Shown here: positions 8,914 through 19,095 of the stretch, piece by piece | Layout of the letters: the number at the start of each line of letters is the position of its first letter | Position numbering within the stretch: position 1 is the first letter of the stretch | IMG/VR virus record: IMGVR_UViG_3300025018_000220 | Location: 1-45,433 of that record | Reading direction: 5' to 3' (one strand) | DNA: 45,433 bases | DNA from: a virus | Lineage: Duplodnaviria > Caudoviricetes | Translations under genes and position numbers: made by a program | The notes under the pieces: model-generated | Told to the model about the DNA's origin: nothing | The model's input: only the letters and a program-made list of their open reading frames with translations | Databases searched by the model: none

Positions 8914-8996
8914 AAAATACGAAAACGCGTTATGTTTAATTGAAATAGGTGAAAGACCGGACTACTGATATTGAGTGATTGTAGCTAAATACAGGT

Positions 8997-9380
8997 ATGG
9001 GAAACAGAAACACCGGAGATGCGATTCTCCTAGATGATTCATACTTTTATTTCATTCCACCGGATAGTGATGACAACAAAACCATGACTCTCCGGAGAGA
9101 GTTTCGTCGCAAGATGAAAACATATTATACGATGAGTGAAGCGGCTGATCATATTGTTCCCAAAATGGCTGATCATATCAAGGACATGTTGATTCGTCTT
9201 GATTTTGATTATAAACATGCAGGCTGTTTGTTTCTTCTGTTGTCAATATTCAGCGCATATGGTTTTAATGATGACAAGTATCCATATGGTATTAGTGATG
9301 ATATTTCTGACAATATGCAATACATGATGGATTTGTTCAGAGAACGTATAAGCAATGAAATTACACAAAAATACATTTGA
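8997..9380 (+). CDS. Hypothetical protein
   Basis: ORF preceded by GCTAAATA-N5-ATG. Confidence 0.7.
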   Translation: MGNRNTGDAILLDDSYFYFIPPDSDDNKTMTLRREFRRKMKTYYTMSEAADHIVPKMADHIKDMLIRLDFDYKHAGCLFLLLSIFSAYGFNDDKYPYGISDDISDNMQYMMDLFRERISNEITQKYI

Positions 9381-9621
9381 CAATCTCATTGTATCGCATT
9401 CTAATGGCAATAGAAGGAGACAAGCAATGGATGTAATTGATTTACCAAAACCCATTAATCAACTGAATGACACAGAAGTCATCAATGAATTGAATCATTA
9501 TTACTTGAAACACCCATCGACATCAATGATGGACATCAAATCGATATCAGGGTGTTCACTTTCGTTTGACATTTCACCAAGAGAACTACTTTCTCTTTAC
9601 AGAGCCCTTGACAGTGACTAA
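9355..9621 (+). CDS. Hypothetical protein (start may be 9428 after AAGGAG)
   Basis: ORF track. Confidence 0.55.
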   Translation: MKLHKNTFDNLIVSHSNGNRRRQAMDVIDLPKPINQLNDTEVINELNHYYLKHPSTSMMDIKSISGCSLSFDISPRELLSLYRALDSD

Positions 9622-9661
9622 CAAAGCTGATATAAAAGTAAAATAATGATAGGAGGATCAC

Positions 9662-10294
9662 ATGCCTGTAATGCTTCAAGACTGGATCACACGTGAAGAC
9701 CTGAAAAATAACCCAGACAGGTATTATCTGTTTGGTGATAATCTGAAACGTGCCGGTCTTGGTGGGCAAGCAGGTGCCATGCGGGGTGAACCGAACGCCA
9801 TTGGTGTTGCTACAAAGAATGGTCCTTCCATGAATGGTATCGACATGTGGATCGAAGATGGACACAATTCTCATCAATTCATTGAAATTCTGAAAAAAGA
9901 ATTGGCACCGGTTGAAGCCCTTCTGGAACAAAACTACATTATTGTGATTCCGTCAGATGGTCTTGGTACCGGGTTGAGCAAATTACCAGAGAATGCTCCG
10001 GAAACACATCAATGGCTCAATGAAAGATTGTTCGAGTATTATCCAAAACAATATGGCACATATAGTGAAGCCAATATTGTCAAAGAATCATTCACCTTTG
10101 GTAATTATGACCAGTTTGCCCGTGCTGTTTATCCAACTACCTATCATCACGCACTTGAAACCCGGATTGTAGAAACAAGTGACCGCAATACTGCATTAAT
10201 GGGTGTCATTTCCCGTGTTCTTGTCATGTTGGAAAATGAAGAACCACACCATGTTATCATATCATCCATACAGGACGATATAGGAGATACCTAG
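9662..10294 (+). CDS. Phage protein with N-terminal macro-fold-like FGDN...GGQA domain (DUF7831-like)
   Basis: YLFGDNLKRAGLGGQAGAMRGEPNAIGVATK and PSDGLGTGLSKLPENAP; AGGAGG RBS. Confidence 0.65.
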   Translation: MPVMLQDWITREDLKNNPDRYYLFGDNLKRAGLGGQAGAMRGEPNAIGVATKNGPSMNGIDMWIEDGHNSHQFIEILKKELAPVEALLEQNYIIVIPSDGLGTGLSKLPENAPETHQWLNERLFEYYPKQYGTYSEANIVKESFTFGNYDQFARAVYPTTYHHALETRIVETSDRNTALMGVISRVLVMLENEEPHHVIISSIQDDIGDT

Positions 10295-10914
10295 TGGGCT
10301 TTAGAATCAATACAGCTATCGGATATGGAATGCCTATTGGTCTTTTTAATTTTCACTTCAATCCCCAAACCAGCAACAAAGAGTATTCTCGTGCGGATAC
10401 ATTGTATGATCTGATTAATGAATCGCCTGATGTTTTCAAAAACATACCCGATGATCAAAGCATACTTGATGATTTAAAGGAACACGGGTATGGATATTCA
10501 TTGTTTGGTATTATTCCGTTTGAAGATGAAATACCAAAGATGTTTCATTATATCAGTATTAATGCTCCAGAATATATCATATTCATGCCTTCTGCATACT
10601 TGGCGGGAAAATGGTACAGATGGGATGATGACATTGATTATGCTGTAACACGTCTGTCTGATGATGATCTTGGCACAAAAGTGACAATGTGCCAATATGG
10701 TTTCTATCCATTCACCAACGATGTGAGATCAATTGAAACTAATCGCCGCATTAAATGGGATAGTTCTATGATGGCACGGACGGATGGAACACGTCCGGAA
10801 AACATTATTCCAGATGTTCCATTGATTTTGAGATACTGGTTGCGCAAACTTGATATCATGGCTCATGACGGAATCAACGAATTACGTCCAATGCATGCAG
10901 TATGGTGGGACTAA
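10294..10914 (+). CDS. Hypothetical protein
   Basis: GTG start overlapping upstream TAG; AGGAG RBS. Confidence 0.8.
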   Translation: MGFRINTAIGYGMPIGLFNFHFNPQTSNKEYSRADTLYDLINESPDVFKNIPDDQSILDDLKEHGYGYSLFGIIPFEDEIPKMFHYISINAPEYIIFMPSAYLAGKWYRWDDDIDYAVTRLSDDDLGTKVTMCQYGFYPFTNDVRSIETNRRIKWDSSMMARTDGTRPENIIPDVPLILRYWLRKLDIMAHDGINELRPMHAVWWD

Positions 10915-11201
10915 TGACACGCCTTCAGTATCGCATTAAACAAGATGACATTAATGATATTCTCAGTGAATTTCAATCTGAAACCTTTTTGACTTCTCAT
11001 CCTTCTGTTGTGATTGAAGAAGCAGCTTTTCATTATTATCATAATAATGATGGATGGGACAAAGAGTGGCCCGTATTTGTTGAAATTTACGACACCGATG
11101 ATGTCTTTTTGTTTTCAGGTGATGTTTTTATAGAATTAAAACCTGAATTCCAATGTGACGAAACCATTTTTGATGCACCCGATGATTATGAAGGAGACTG
11201 A
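10914..11201 (+). CDS. Hypothetical acidic protein
   Basis: TAATG coupling to upstream gene. Confidence 0.7.
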   Translation: MTRLQYRIKQDDINDILSEFQSETFLTSHPSVVIEEAAFHYYHNNDGWDKEWPVFVEIYDTDDVFLFSGDVFIELKPEFQCDETIFDAPDDYEGD

Positions 11202-11202
11202 T

Positions 11203-12228
11203 ATGCTTTTATCAAAAGAACCACATACATACGACTTTCAAGATATTTTGATACAACCGGCTGTATCCAGTAATATTGATTCCCGCAAAGATATCAATCT
11301 TGTTGACTCTTCTATCAATGGTGTCCCCATTATGGCTGCCAATATGATCAATATTGGCAATTTCCAAATGGCACAAGCACTTCAAAAGCATCAGATGTTT
11401 ACCGCAGTACAAAAACATTTTGCAGCATCCGATTGGAAACACAATGTAAATAATCCTTATCTGGTTCCAACTATTGGTGCTGATACCGAAAGTATCAATC
11501 GCTTCAAAGCCATTGCAGACAATTTGAACGAACTCACATCTTTTGTTTGTTTTGATGTCGCCAATGGTCATACTGTGAAAAACATGTCTACGGCAATGGA
11601 ATTGATGAAGTGGATCAAATCTGAAATACCATCCGTCAAATTCATTTATGGAAACATAGCCAATCCGGAAACTGTAAGATACATGCATCAAACACTTGGG
11701 TTTTATCCAGATTATATCAAAATTGGTATAGGGTCTGGATCAGTTTGTACAACCCGGATTAAGACAGGAATTGGCATACCGCAAGCCAGCTTGCTTGATG
11801 AATTTAACGGCTTTGCTCTTCATTATGATGACAATATGCCAAAGATTGTTTCAGATGGTGGATGCAGAACCCCCGGAGATGTGGTCAAAGCGTTCGTACT
11901 TGGTGCCGACATTGTTATGCTTGGTGGCATGTTGGCTTTTCATGAAGAAGGCCGTGAACCCGGTTTAGGAAGAACAGGCGATGCAATGTCGCTTTATGGT
12001 AATTCATCCGAGAAAGCTAATGGTTATAATCCTGAATTGACGTATCGTACAGTTGAAGGTATCAATGTAACACAACGTAGCCGTGGTTCTGTTCACATTA
12101 CAGTTCAGGACATACTAGGTGGCATACGATCAGCTTGTACTATGCTCGGTTGTGAAAATATTACCGAATTGAAAAACTGTCGTGGAAATATTCGTGTTGC
12201 AAGACGGCAAACCGACAACTATGTATAA
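11203..12228 (+). CDS. guaC: GMP reductase (IMPDH/GMPR family)
   Basis: PIMAANM, DVANG, KIGIGSGSVCTTRIKTGIGIPQ, SDGGC..PGDVVKAF..GAD.VMLGGML, DILGGIRSACT; no CBS domains. Confidence 0.88.
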   Translation: MLLSKEPHTYDFQDILIQPAVSSNIDSRKDINLVDSSINGVPIMAANMINIGNFQMAQALQKHQMFTAVQKHFAASDWKHNVNNPYLVPTIGADTESINRFKAIADNLNELTSFVCFDVANGHTVKNMSTAMELMKWIKSEIPSVKFIYGNIANPETVRYMHQTLGFYPDYIKIGIGSGSVCTTRIKTGIGIPQASLLDEFNGFALHYDDNMPKIVSDGGCRTPGDVVKAFVLGADIVMLGGMLAFHEEGREPGLGRTGDAMSLYGNSSEKANGYNPELTYRTVEGINVTQRSRGSVHITVQDILGGIRSACTMLGCENITELKNCRGNIRVARRQTDNYV

Positions 12229-12231
12229 ATA
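12224..12231 (+). promoter_or_regulatory. T4-type late promoter TATAAATA
   Basis: Exact consensus upstream of small ORF 12263. Confidence 0.6.
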
Positions 12232-12262
12232 GTCCCGATTTGATTTATAACAAAGGATTTTC

Positions 12263-12445
12263 ATGACAGATTCAAACTTGAAAAAAATATTGATTGATGA
12301 AATTAATTCATTAGTCGATGACAAACTCACCGATTTGGAATACTGGATGGATCGTATAGATGAAGGCGACATAGATATCGCAGATGCACAAAACATTATA
12401 GATGATATTATGCCATATCTTTCTATTGAAATAAATTTTGACTAA
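12263..12445 (+). CDS. Small acidic hypothetical protein
   Basis: AAGGA RBS; late promoter. Confidence 0.6.
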   Translation: MTDSNLKKILIDEINSLVDDKLTDLEYWMDRIDEGDIDIADAQNIIDDIMPYLSIEINFD

Positions 12446-12870
12446 ACAAATGCACCGAATGTTCGTTCAAATTGAGAGAAATCTTCTTTTGTAAGATTTC
12501 TCTCATGTGCAAATACTACAAACCATGGATCATGTCGTTCAAGGTGCTGCACACAGTTGGAATTTTTTGACAAAACCCAGTCCATTGATTCAAGTGCGGT
12601 TACAGTTGGTGCCAAACAAAAGGTCGTATAGGATGTTGTATCAAACCCGTTGTTTTCAATTGTTCGAAGCACAGCACTGTGTGCCCAATACATAGGATTT
12701 GCAACAAAAATTTCACCATCTGTTATAATACCCCGTAAACCATATTTGTGTGTTTTCAACAATCCAGAAATATCTGATGATAATAATCTGTATCTCACCG
12801 GTGCCACAGCAAGCACATCATATGGACCAGAATTTAATACTTTTGATTCAAAAAGGTCAATAATCTTCAT
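12442..12870 (-). CDS. Putative virion internal protein (MKIIDLFE leader)
   Basis: Paralog of 12867-13340: shared MKIIDL.ES and KYGLRG. Confidence 0.65.
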   Translation of the reverse strand: MKIIDLFESKVLNSGPYDVLAVAPVRYRLLSSDISGLLKTHKYGLRGIITDGEIFVANPMYWAHSAVLRTIENNGFDTTSYTTFCLAPTVTALESMDWVLSKNSNCVQHLERHDPWFVVFAHERNLTKEDFSQFERTFGAFV

Positions 12871-13340
12871 TCGAACATCATCCCGGTATTGAATTCCGCA
12901 AATGCATTCGAAGTTGTCATTCTACGATTAACATAAATCAATTTCATTGGGCCTACTATTTTTGGCAATTGACGCAATAATAGTGTTCCGCCCTCATGTG
13001 TATTGGGATCAACATGAGATACTTCCAATAACCAATCATGTTTGATCAATTTGAATATAATTGAATTACCATGGTCCATATCTTTAAGCATGTTTTTGTT
13101 TTTACCAATAGAGATGAAATTATAACTATTCATAGCAGTGTAATGCATAATATCATGATGATGGATATAATATGCTGATGCTACTGCTAAACCATTATCA
13201 TATACACCACGCAATCCATATTTTTGAATATCTTCACGTGATAATATTGTTTTCAACAAGGATGGTCGAATGTTGTTCCAAATGCAACCACCCCTTGGCA
13301 AATCAATGATACTACTTTCATATAAATCAATAATTTTCAT
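12867..13340 (-). CDS. Putative virion internal protein (MKIIDLYE leader)
   Basis: Leader motif; AATAAATA late promoter at 13346-13353. Confidence 0.65.
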   Translation of the reverse strand: MKIIDLYESSIIDLPRGGCIWNNIRPSLLKTILSREDIQKYGLRGVYDNGLAVASAYYIHHHDIMHYTAMNSYNFISIGKNKNMLKDMDHGNSIIFKLIKHDWLLEVSHVDPNTHEGGTLLLRQLPKIVGPMKLIYVNRRMTTSNAFAEFNTGMMFE

Positions 13341-13348
13341 GTTGTTAT

Positions 13349-13611
13349 TTATTTGTTCCGGTCATATTTGCCACCTGCATCTATCCATTCTTGTGGTGGT
13401 TTGTCACCATCACCATAATATTTGCCATTGATCTACTATCTTATCAAATGATAGCAAGACCATCTGTTATATGAGGTTTATCATTGATATACCATCCTTT
13501 AGTACCATTTGCCCTAATAACAGCAAGACCATCTTCTCTATGACGTTGATCATCTTTGTTATAATACGAAATTTTATACCGGTGGTCTTCAAACAGATCA
13601 CAGAGTCTCAT
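13349..13611 (-). pseudogene. Disrupted HREDG(P)A-repeat protein with MRLCDLFE leader
   Basis: MRLCDLFEDH...QRHREDGLAVIRANGTKGWYINDKPHITDGLAII then TGA TAA; continues in another frame as INGKYYGDGDKPPQEW. Confidence 0.6.
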
Positions 13612-13951
13612 AATGACTCCATATGTTATAAACGGATGATACCATCATTAATCATACTGATATTTATCAACATGTAATAGGACCAACGTTATTCAAAACT
13701 TTTTTCAATACATATCATTAGAATGGCATCATCTATCGGTGTATTGATCCTCCCAAGGGCACGTGCAGGGTTGATCAACATTTACAGATCAGAAAGGTCA
13801 CGAATAGCCATTACCATATCTTGTTGGATGATGTTTCGGTAGTTTCCCCACCATGGGCAATCAGATTTGTTATGGATTGTAAATTGCATTGGGCGCAAAT
13901 TTCACTCGCAATGAGTAAAAACATCCCCAATGATGAAACAAAAGGAACAAT

Positions 13952-14350
13952 TCATGATATATACTCTCCTTCGAAATAAATGGGAACACCGCTGAAATCC
14001 CGTTGTATACAAATAGCTAACAGTTCAGCAAAATAATGCATTCTGCCACATGGTTGGGAATATATGTGTTCGTCAATTACTTTACACGACGCGGTATAAC
14101 CAGAACCAAATGAACAAACAACATAACAAAATGCTGTATCAGTATTCAATATTGTACATTTATCGGTGTACTATACATATGGGTTATCATGAAGTGAAGG
14201 ATAATAATGCCTTGCACTATCGAGCAAACATAAAACATATCCATGTTTCTTCATTTGGTTAATAACCTGTTTAAAGTATACATCATCTTTATAGAAAAGA
14301 TTTTCCTTATGTGTATCAATGCATAACACGGTTGTTTTAGATGATTTCAT
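13952..14350 (-). pseudogene. Hypothetical gene interrupted by a single in-frame TAG (14171-14173)
   Basis: MKSSKTTVLCID...NPYV*YTDKCTILNTDTAF... is one frame across the stop. Confidence 0.5.
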
Positions 14351-14490
14351 ATTTGATATTATTACGGTCGATCATACTTGTGTCTTATGGCTTCTACCAT
14401 AATGGTGTTGGCAGCATCATATTCATTCTGTGTCAAAACGTGATGGTGTTGATCAACAATATGACTATCAAGCATGGAAACACCATTCGG

Positions 14491-14781
14491 TCAAGAATTT
14501 ATCCCAATAACATCTTCTTCCTTGATCAAATAGCATTCTTCATTATCCACCTGAAAAACATCACTTCCCCATTTGGCGACAGTCACGTGCTGCCCTGCTT
14601 CGAGAATCAAAGGGTGTTTTTCGCCCTTTTCATCAATCCTGCCCGAACCGACTGCCATAATGGTTCCGGTCATCTTTGTTTTCAACAAATGATCAGGCAA
14701 AAGCACACCCCCTGTGGTTTTTTCAATAGGAGCATCCGGTTTGACCAGAATGAGATCATGCATGGGTTTAAATTTAGTCAT
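14491..14781 (-). CDS. groES: Co-chaperonin GroES
   Basis: FKPMHDLILVK, KTTGGVLLPD, GTIMAVGSG, LIKEEDVIG; late-type CATAAGTA at 14805-14812. Confidence 0.93.
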   Translation of the reverse strand: MTKFKPMHDLILVKPDAPIEKTTGGVLLPDHLLKTKMTGTIMAVGSGRIDEKGEKHPLILEAGQHVTVAKWGSDVFQVDNEECYLIKEEDVIGINS

Positions 14782-14925
14782 GGGTTTGTCCTTTTGTTTT
14801 GAAATACTTATGTTTGCTTATTGGTTGTGTAATTGAATCGCTGCAAATCAAATCATACCACATGATAGGGAAAATACAACTGGCATCATCATATACTAAA
14901 GGCGAGTAATACCCATCATGGGTTC

Positions 14926-17079
14926 CTATTGCATTTCCACGTGAGTAAACTTGTTCTCCTTCACCATTATCATAACACGATCCACAAAGTCCACCATTTC
15001 TTCGCGGTGTGAAATCAAGAAGATATTACGTTTACGGTTGACTGCCATTTCATATAGTATACTGATGGCCCGTTGAGACCCAGACCCATCAAGCCCTGCA
15101 TCTATACGTTCATCTATGCCGAAAAAATTGATAGGATAATTCATAGATTCGAATACATCACGAAATGCCCATGACAATGCCAACCCAACCCGTTCTTCCT
15201 CGCCGGACGACAATGTACTGAAATTACCAACATCATCAAAATCAAAAATACTGGCAGACAGGTCATCATTGAACCTGACGACATATGGAAGGTTCAATTC
15301 GTCCAGATACTGGGATACATATTTGTTCAATGCCGGAAGTTTGGTTGCAGTCACGTCCTTGCGAATAGGCGAATCTTTTTTCGTCAACAGATTGATCAAA
15401 TCTGTATGATCCTTGATATCTTCCTCTATCGCAATGATTGAAGATGTATCTATATCTTCCGCCAAATCGTTTTTCAACGTTTCAACATTGAATAAATATG
15501 GATTGTCCTCTTCTTTTAATTCAATAAGTTGTTTTCTTGATTGCTCTAAAAGTGCTTTGCATTCTGACAATTCTTCAAACGTTCCAAAACAACCTGTTTG
15601 TTTCTCTTCCGAAGATATGGATTCTTCGAATTTTTTAAAATCGTTTTGAGCGGTTAACACCGCTTCTTCCAACTCATTCTCTTTGGTTTCAGCTTCAATC
15701 AGTTCATTACGATACGTCTTGACCATCTGACGTGCGTTATCAAGATCAGACGCAGCCCTTAGCGCCATATCACGGTTGACGAATTGAGAAGGTTTAACAC
15801 GGATATTCAAATCCAGTTCACCACGTTCAAACATAAGTGTTTCAATTGCGGTATTTGTTTCATTCGATTCTTCCACTTTGGAAGCAATGTTCTTATTTAA
15901 TTCATCAATCTTAGATTGACGCAATGATTGATCTGGCCATTCTTGCCCACATGTTGGGCAATGATCTGCATACCCTGCAACTTCCTTTTTCAGTTTTTGA
16001 AGCTCAATATTGAACTGTGCCAAAAATTGACGCAAAAGTTTCAAATCATTATCCAGATCGGTTTTGAGACTATTGATCCGTTTCTCTTCTTCTGTATATT
16101 CATCATATGCTTTTAAAAATGAATCAATATCAATATCTTTGAGTTCTCTAACTTTTTTTTCAGCTTCTTTCAGTTTGCGTTCAATAGGTGCTTTGATGGT
16201 TTGAATATGATTGTTCAAATTTGATTCGGCAATTGTTACTAAACTTTTAAATCCTTTTCTTTCATGTTCGATATTGCTTTTGTTATTGAGAATGGTTGCT
16301 TCTTTGTCAAAATCAATGGGTTCAAGTTCAGCAATCGTTTGTTCAAGTGTAACAATTTTGTTATTTCTATTGTTTTCCCAGTTAGACAATTGTTGTTCAA
16401 GTGCCTCTAATCTCTTTTTATCTCTCTCCTGTGCGGCAATTCTTTCTTCTACTTTTGCTTTTTCAAGAGCAAGGTCAGATTCTCTTTCTTTACGCATAAG
16501 TTTCAGCGCTTCTCCCTTCTTAGTCAAAACAGAATAACCAAACAGCGTTTCTACAATGCTTTTTTGAGAGGTGGCATCCATATCAAAGAAATTGTCAGTT
16601 TTTGCAGCAGTGACAACTACAAGCATGAATACATCTCTATCCATACCAGTAAATTCAATGATATCGGCAGCAGTATTACGAATTGAATCCTTGGTTACAT
16701 CATAGATGTCTTCATCGACACTGCCATCCGCGTTTAATGGTTTTTTGTAAAACTTACACACGCCCGGTTTCATACCACGTATAATACGGCAGTCATACCC
16801 ATTCAATTCAAAATCTAGTATAATTTTCATCGCTTTCTTATTAGAGCGATTAACCAATGCAGCAGGTTTGTCAACAGCTTTGATAGGTTTGCCTGTCAAT
16901 ACATAACAAAGGGCATCAAAAAGCGAAGATTTGCCACACCCGTTTTTAGCATTTTCATCAGGAGAGTCATTGTTTTGACCCATGATGAGTGTCAGGCCTT
17001 CAAAATCATCAAATCGTATGATAGTACGCTTATTGCTAAATGATTTAAAATTCTGAATGACAAGTTCTTTGAGTTTCAT
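14926..17079 (-). CDS. SbcC/Rad50-like recombination endonuclease ATPase subunit (T4 gp46-like)
   Basis: QNFKSF, NGCGKSS Walker A, coiled coils with CPTC zinc hook, LSSGE signature, IDE..D.GLD, ISH. Confidence 0.95.
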   Translation of the reverse strand: MKLKELVIQNFKSFSNKRTIIRFDDFEGLTLIMGQNNDSPDENAKNGCGKSSLFDALCYVLTGKPIKAVDKPAALVNRSNKKAMKIILDFELNGYDCRIIRGMKPGVCKFYKKPLNADGSVDEDIYDVTKDSIRNTAADIIEFTGMDRDVFMLVVVTAAKTDNFFDMDATSQKSIVETLFGYSVLTKKGEALKLMRKERESDLALEKAKVEERIAAQERDKKRLEALEQQLSNWENNRNNKIVTLEQTIAELEPIDFDKEATILNNKSNIEHERKGFKSLVTIAESNLNNHIQTIKAPIERKLKEAEKKVRELKDIDIDSFLKAYDEYTEEEKRINSLKTDLDNDLKLLRQFLAQFNIELQKLKKEVAGYADHCPTCGQEWPDQSLRQSKIDELNKNIASKVEESNETNTAIETLMFERGELDLNIRVKPSQFVNRDMALRAASDLDNARQMVKTYRNELIEAETKENELEEAVLTAQNDFKKFEESISSEEKQTGCFGTFEELSECKALLEQSRKQLIELKEEDNPYLFNVETLKNDLAEDIDTSSIIAIEEDIKDHTDLINLLTKKDSPIRKDVTATKLPALNKYVSQYLDELNLPYVVRFNDDLSASIFDFDDVGNFSTLSSGEEERVGLALSWAFRDVFESMNYPINFFGIDERIDAGLDGSGSQRAISILYEMAVNRKRNIFLISHREEMVDFVDRVMIMVKENKFTHVEMQ

Positions 17080-17117
17080 TAATCACCTGTTTGCCTAAAG
17101 GGTTCACAGAAATTATG

Positions 17118-17414
17118 TTACATTTCCAATATAATTTCATAGGACCATGTGCAATTTTGAGCATTGCCAATATCTATTCCTACCATATGAATATGCTTTA
17201 ATGTCGGATAATTGGACAATGCCACATCCCACATGTCACGATTCATGCGTTCAAAATTTTGTTTAAACGATAAACCAAATGAAACTCTATGGTATTCACC
17301 ACGAGTATAAACATGCCTTTTTGACCAATCCGGTTGTATTATAAAGGATTCCGGTAATTTTTTGTAATCATTAATATACATTTGCTGGAACCATATAATC
17401 AAAAACAAAGCCAA
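17118..17414 (-). CDS. Hypothetical protein (5' end uncertain)
   Basis: ORF track. Confidence 0.45.
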   Translation of the reverse strand: MALFLIIWFQQMYINDYKKLPESFIIQPDWSKRHVYTRGEYHRVSFGLSFKQNFERMNRDMWDVALSNYPTLKHIHMVGIDIGNAQNCTWSYEIILEM

Positions 17415-17593
17415 TAATCAAATATGTCTCATATCTATTACTGTTGTCAATTATTAATTATCTTACTTGATACTTCTTATAGTGATTTAATTTCATACAG
17501 TTATGAAAAATATCATGACACCTCATAAAACCATGGGGCGCAATGGGTTGCCAATTTTGCTATTTGCTATTCTCGTGTGTCAGCGAGTCACAG

Positions 17594-18004
17594 TCATGCA
17601 GCATCAATATTAGTGAATCTTTCATAAACATGCTTTTTACTTTTCACCATAGTGACCATCAAACATATATTCACAAATTGGTTATCACAGTTGTCAGTCA
17701 ATCTGGTTATCTTTTTGACGGTTACCGAATGTATGTTCAATGCAGAATTTTGTTTTTCTCTGTTTTTAATATCATTGGCAACAGCATCATAATACTGACT
17801 GTCATACGATACCCCATCGTGGAGATAAAAATAATTAATGAAATATCTTTCATATTGAACAGGTGAAATCTTGATTCGGAAGGGTTCTGTTAATTTGTAA
17901 TCTTTATACGACATCAAAAATGGAGCAACATCCTTGTTCCATTTGTCAACAACTTCTGGCGGTAAGAAGGTGGCAGTTTCACATTCAATGTCACTCATAT
18001 TCAA
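17594..18004 (-). CDS. Hypothetical protein
   Basis: ORF overlapping upstream gene. Confidence 0.65.
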   Translation of the reverse strand: MNMSDIECETATFLPPEVVDKWNKDVAPFLMSYKDYKLTEPFRIKISPVQYERYFINYFYLHDGVSYDSQYYDAVANDIKNREKQNSALNIHSVTVKKITRLTDNCDNQFVNICLMVTMVKSKKHVYERFTNIDAA

Positions 18005-18200
18005 ACCTTTCGCTATTCAAATATTTAGCACCAATAGTTGTTCTGGCTATTGAACGATTTTTATTAATTTTTACTTTCATACGTACAGGCAAATAGTGAA
18101 TATTGGCTTTAGGCCAATATCCACGCCTTACGCCTTCGTCATCATCATCATCATCATCATCGAGTGCTGCAAGCACATATACGATCAGCTTTTTTTCCAT
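17991..18200 (-). CDS. Hypothetical protein with poly-Asp run (GAT microsatellite)
   Basis: LDDDDDDDDEG. Confidence 0.5.
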   Translation of the reverse strand: MEKKLIVYVLAALDDDDDDDDEGVRRGYWPKANIHYLPVRMKVKINKNRSIARTTIGAKYLNSERFEYE

Positions 18201-18778
18201 TTTGCCAAATATTGATCAGTGTAACAATACGGTTCAGCATTCTTGACATCAAAATGTGGCATGAATTCTGGATCATCTTGTTCAATATATGCTCTTTGTG
18301 CCTTGACTACAAAGAAGTGACTGACACAGAATACAGTTTTGCCTTCCAAGACGGGCGTTATAATATTGTGCATATGTGGAATAACCCTTTCATACACATC
18401 TCTTTGATTTTCTAATCCGGTTTTTGGTCTTGCGTCTATTGTTTCAAAACAGTCTGAAATATCTTTAAACTTTTCATGACGTTCAAACACTTTGTCAGAA
18501 TGCCATATGATTTCCCGGAACTCCGGTATGACTTCAATAGGACAACCATGTCCAATGGAGGATGCCAAAATGTAAGCTGTTTGTCTTGCTCTTGTTAAAG
18601 GTGATGTAAAAATGATATCAGGACGAATACCAGCATCTTTCAATGACATGCCGGTATTCATAACATGAATCATACCTCTGTTTGTCAGAACTGTATTATC
18701 GTCGGTTAAAGGGAATTCACACGTTTCATCAAGTTTTATATTGGTAAGACTTTCACCATGCCTGAAAAGATATAACAT
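18185..18778 (-). CDS. Histidine phosphatase (phosphoglycerate mutase family)
   Basis: LFRHGES, LTNRG, TSPLTRARQTA, FRE, VSH. Confidence 0.9.
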   Translation of the reverse strand: MLYLFRHGESLTNIKLDETCEFPLTDDNTVLTNRGMIHVMNTGMSLKDAGIRPDIIFTSPLTRARQTAYILASSIGHGCPIEVIPEFREIIWHSDKVFERHEKFKDISDCFETIDARPKTGLENQRDVYERVIPHMHNIITPVLEGKTVFCVSHFFVVKAQRAYIEQDDPEFMPHFDVKNAEPYCYTDQYLAKWKKS

Positions 18779-18801
18779 TAAGCAACTCCTTGGTTATATC
18801 T

Positions 18802-19095
18802 TTATAATATGACATTCCATCTGGTTGCTTTTTTCATTAATCTTGAAAAAGTAACTTTATTTACAGCAGGATAATGCCTTATTATTGTACGAGCCGCGTA
18901 TGGTCCTTCGGCAAATTCTACTAGTCGTGGCAATTCCTTTTGATTCACTTTGAATTTGACACGATCCAGTTTGACGAAATCAGCAACCCTTGATTCTACA
19001 GATGCATACCCATGGTAATCATGTTGTCCCGCCAAATGGACACGGCCAGTTTTCATATCATGATGGAAATGTAAATTTTGCGAAAAGAGCGTCAC
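18802..19095 (-). CDS. Hypothetical protein, probably the 3' remnant of a longer disrupted gene
   Basis: ORF track; no clear RBS; upstream frames broken by stops. Confidence 0.4.
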   Translation of the reverse strand: MTLFSQNLHFHHDMKTGRVHLAGQHDYHGYASVESRVADFVKLDRVKFKVNQKELPRLVEFAEGPYAARTIIRHYPAVNKVTFSRLMKKATRWNVIL

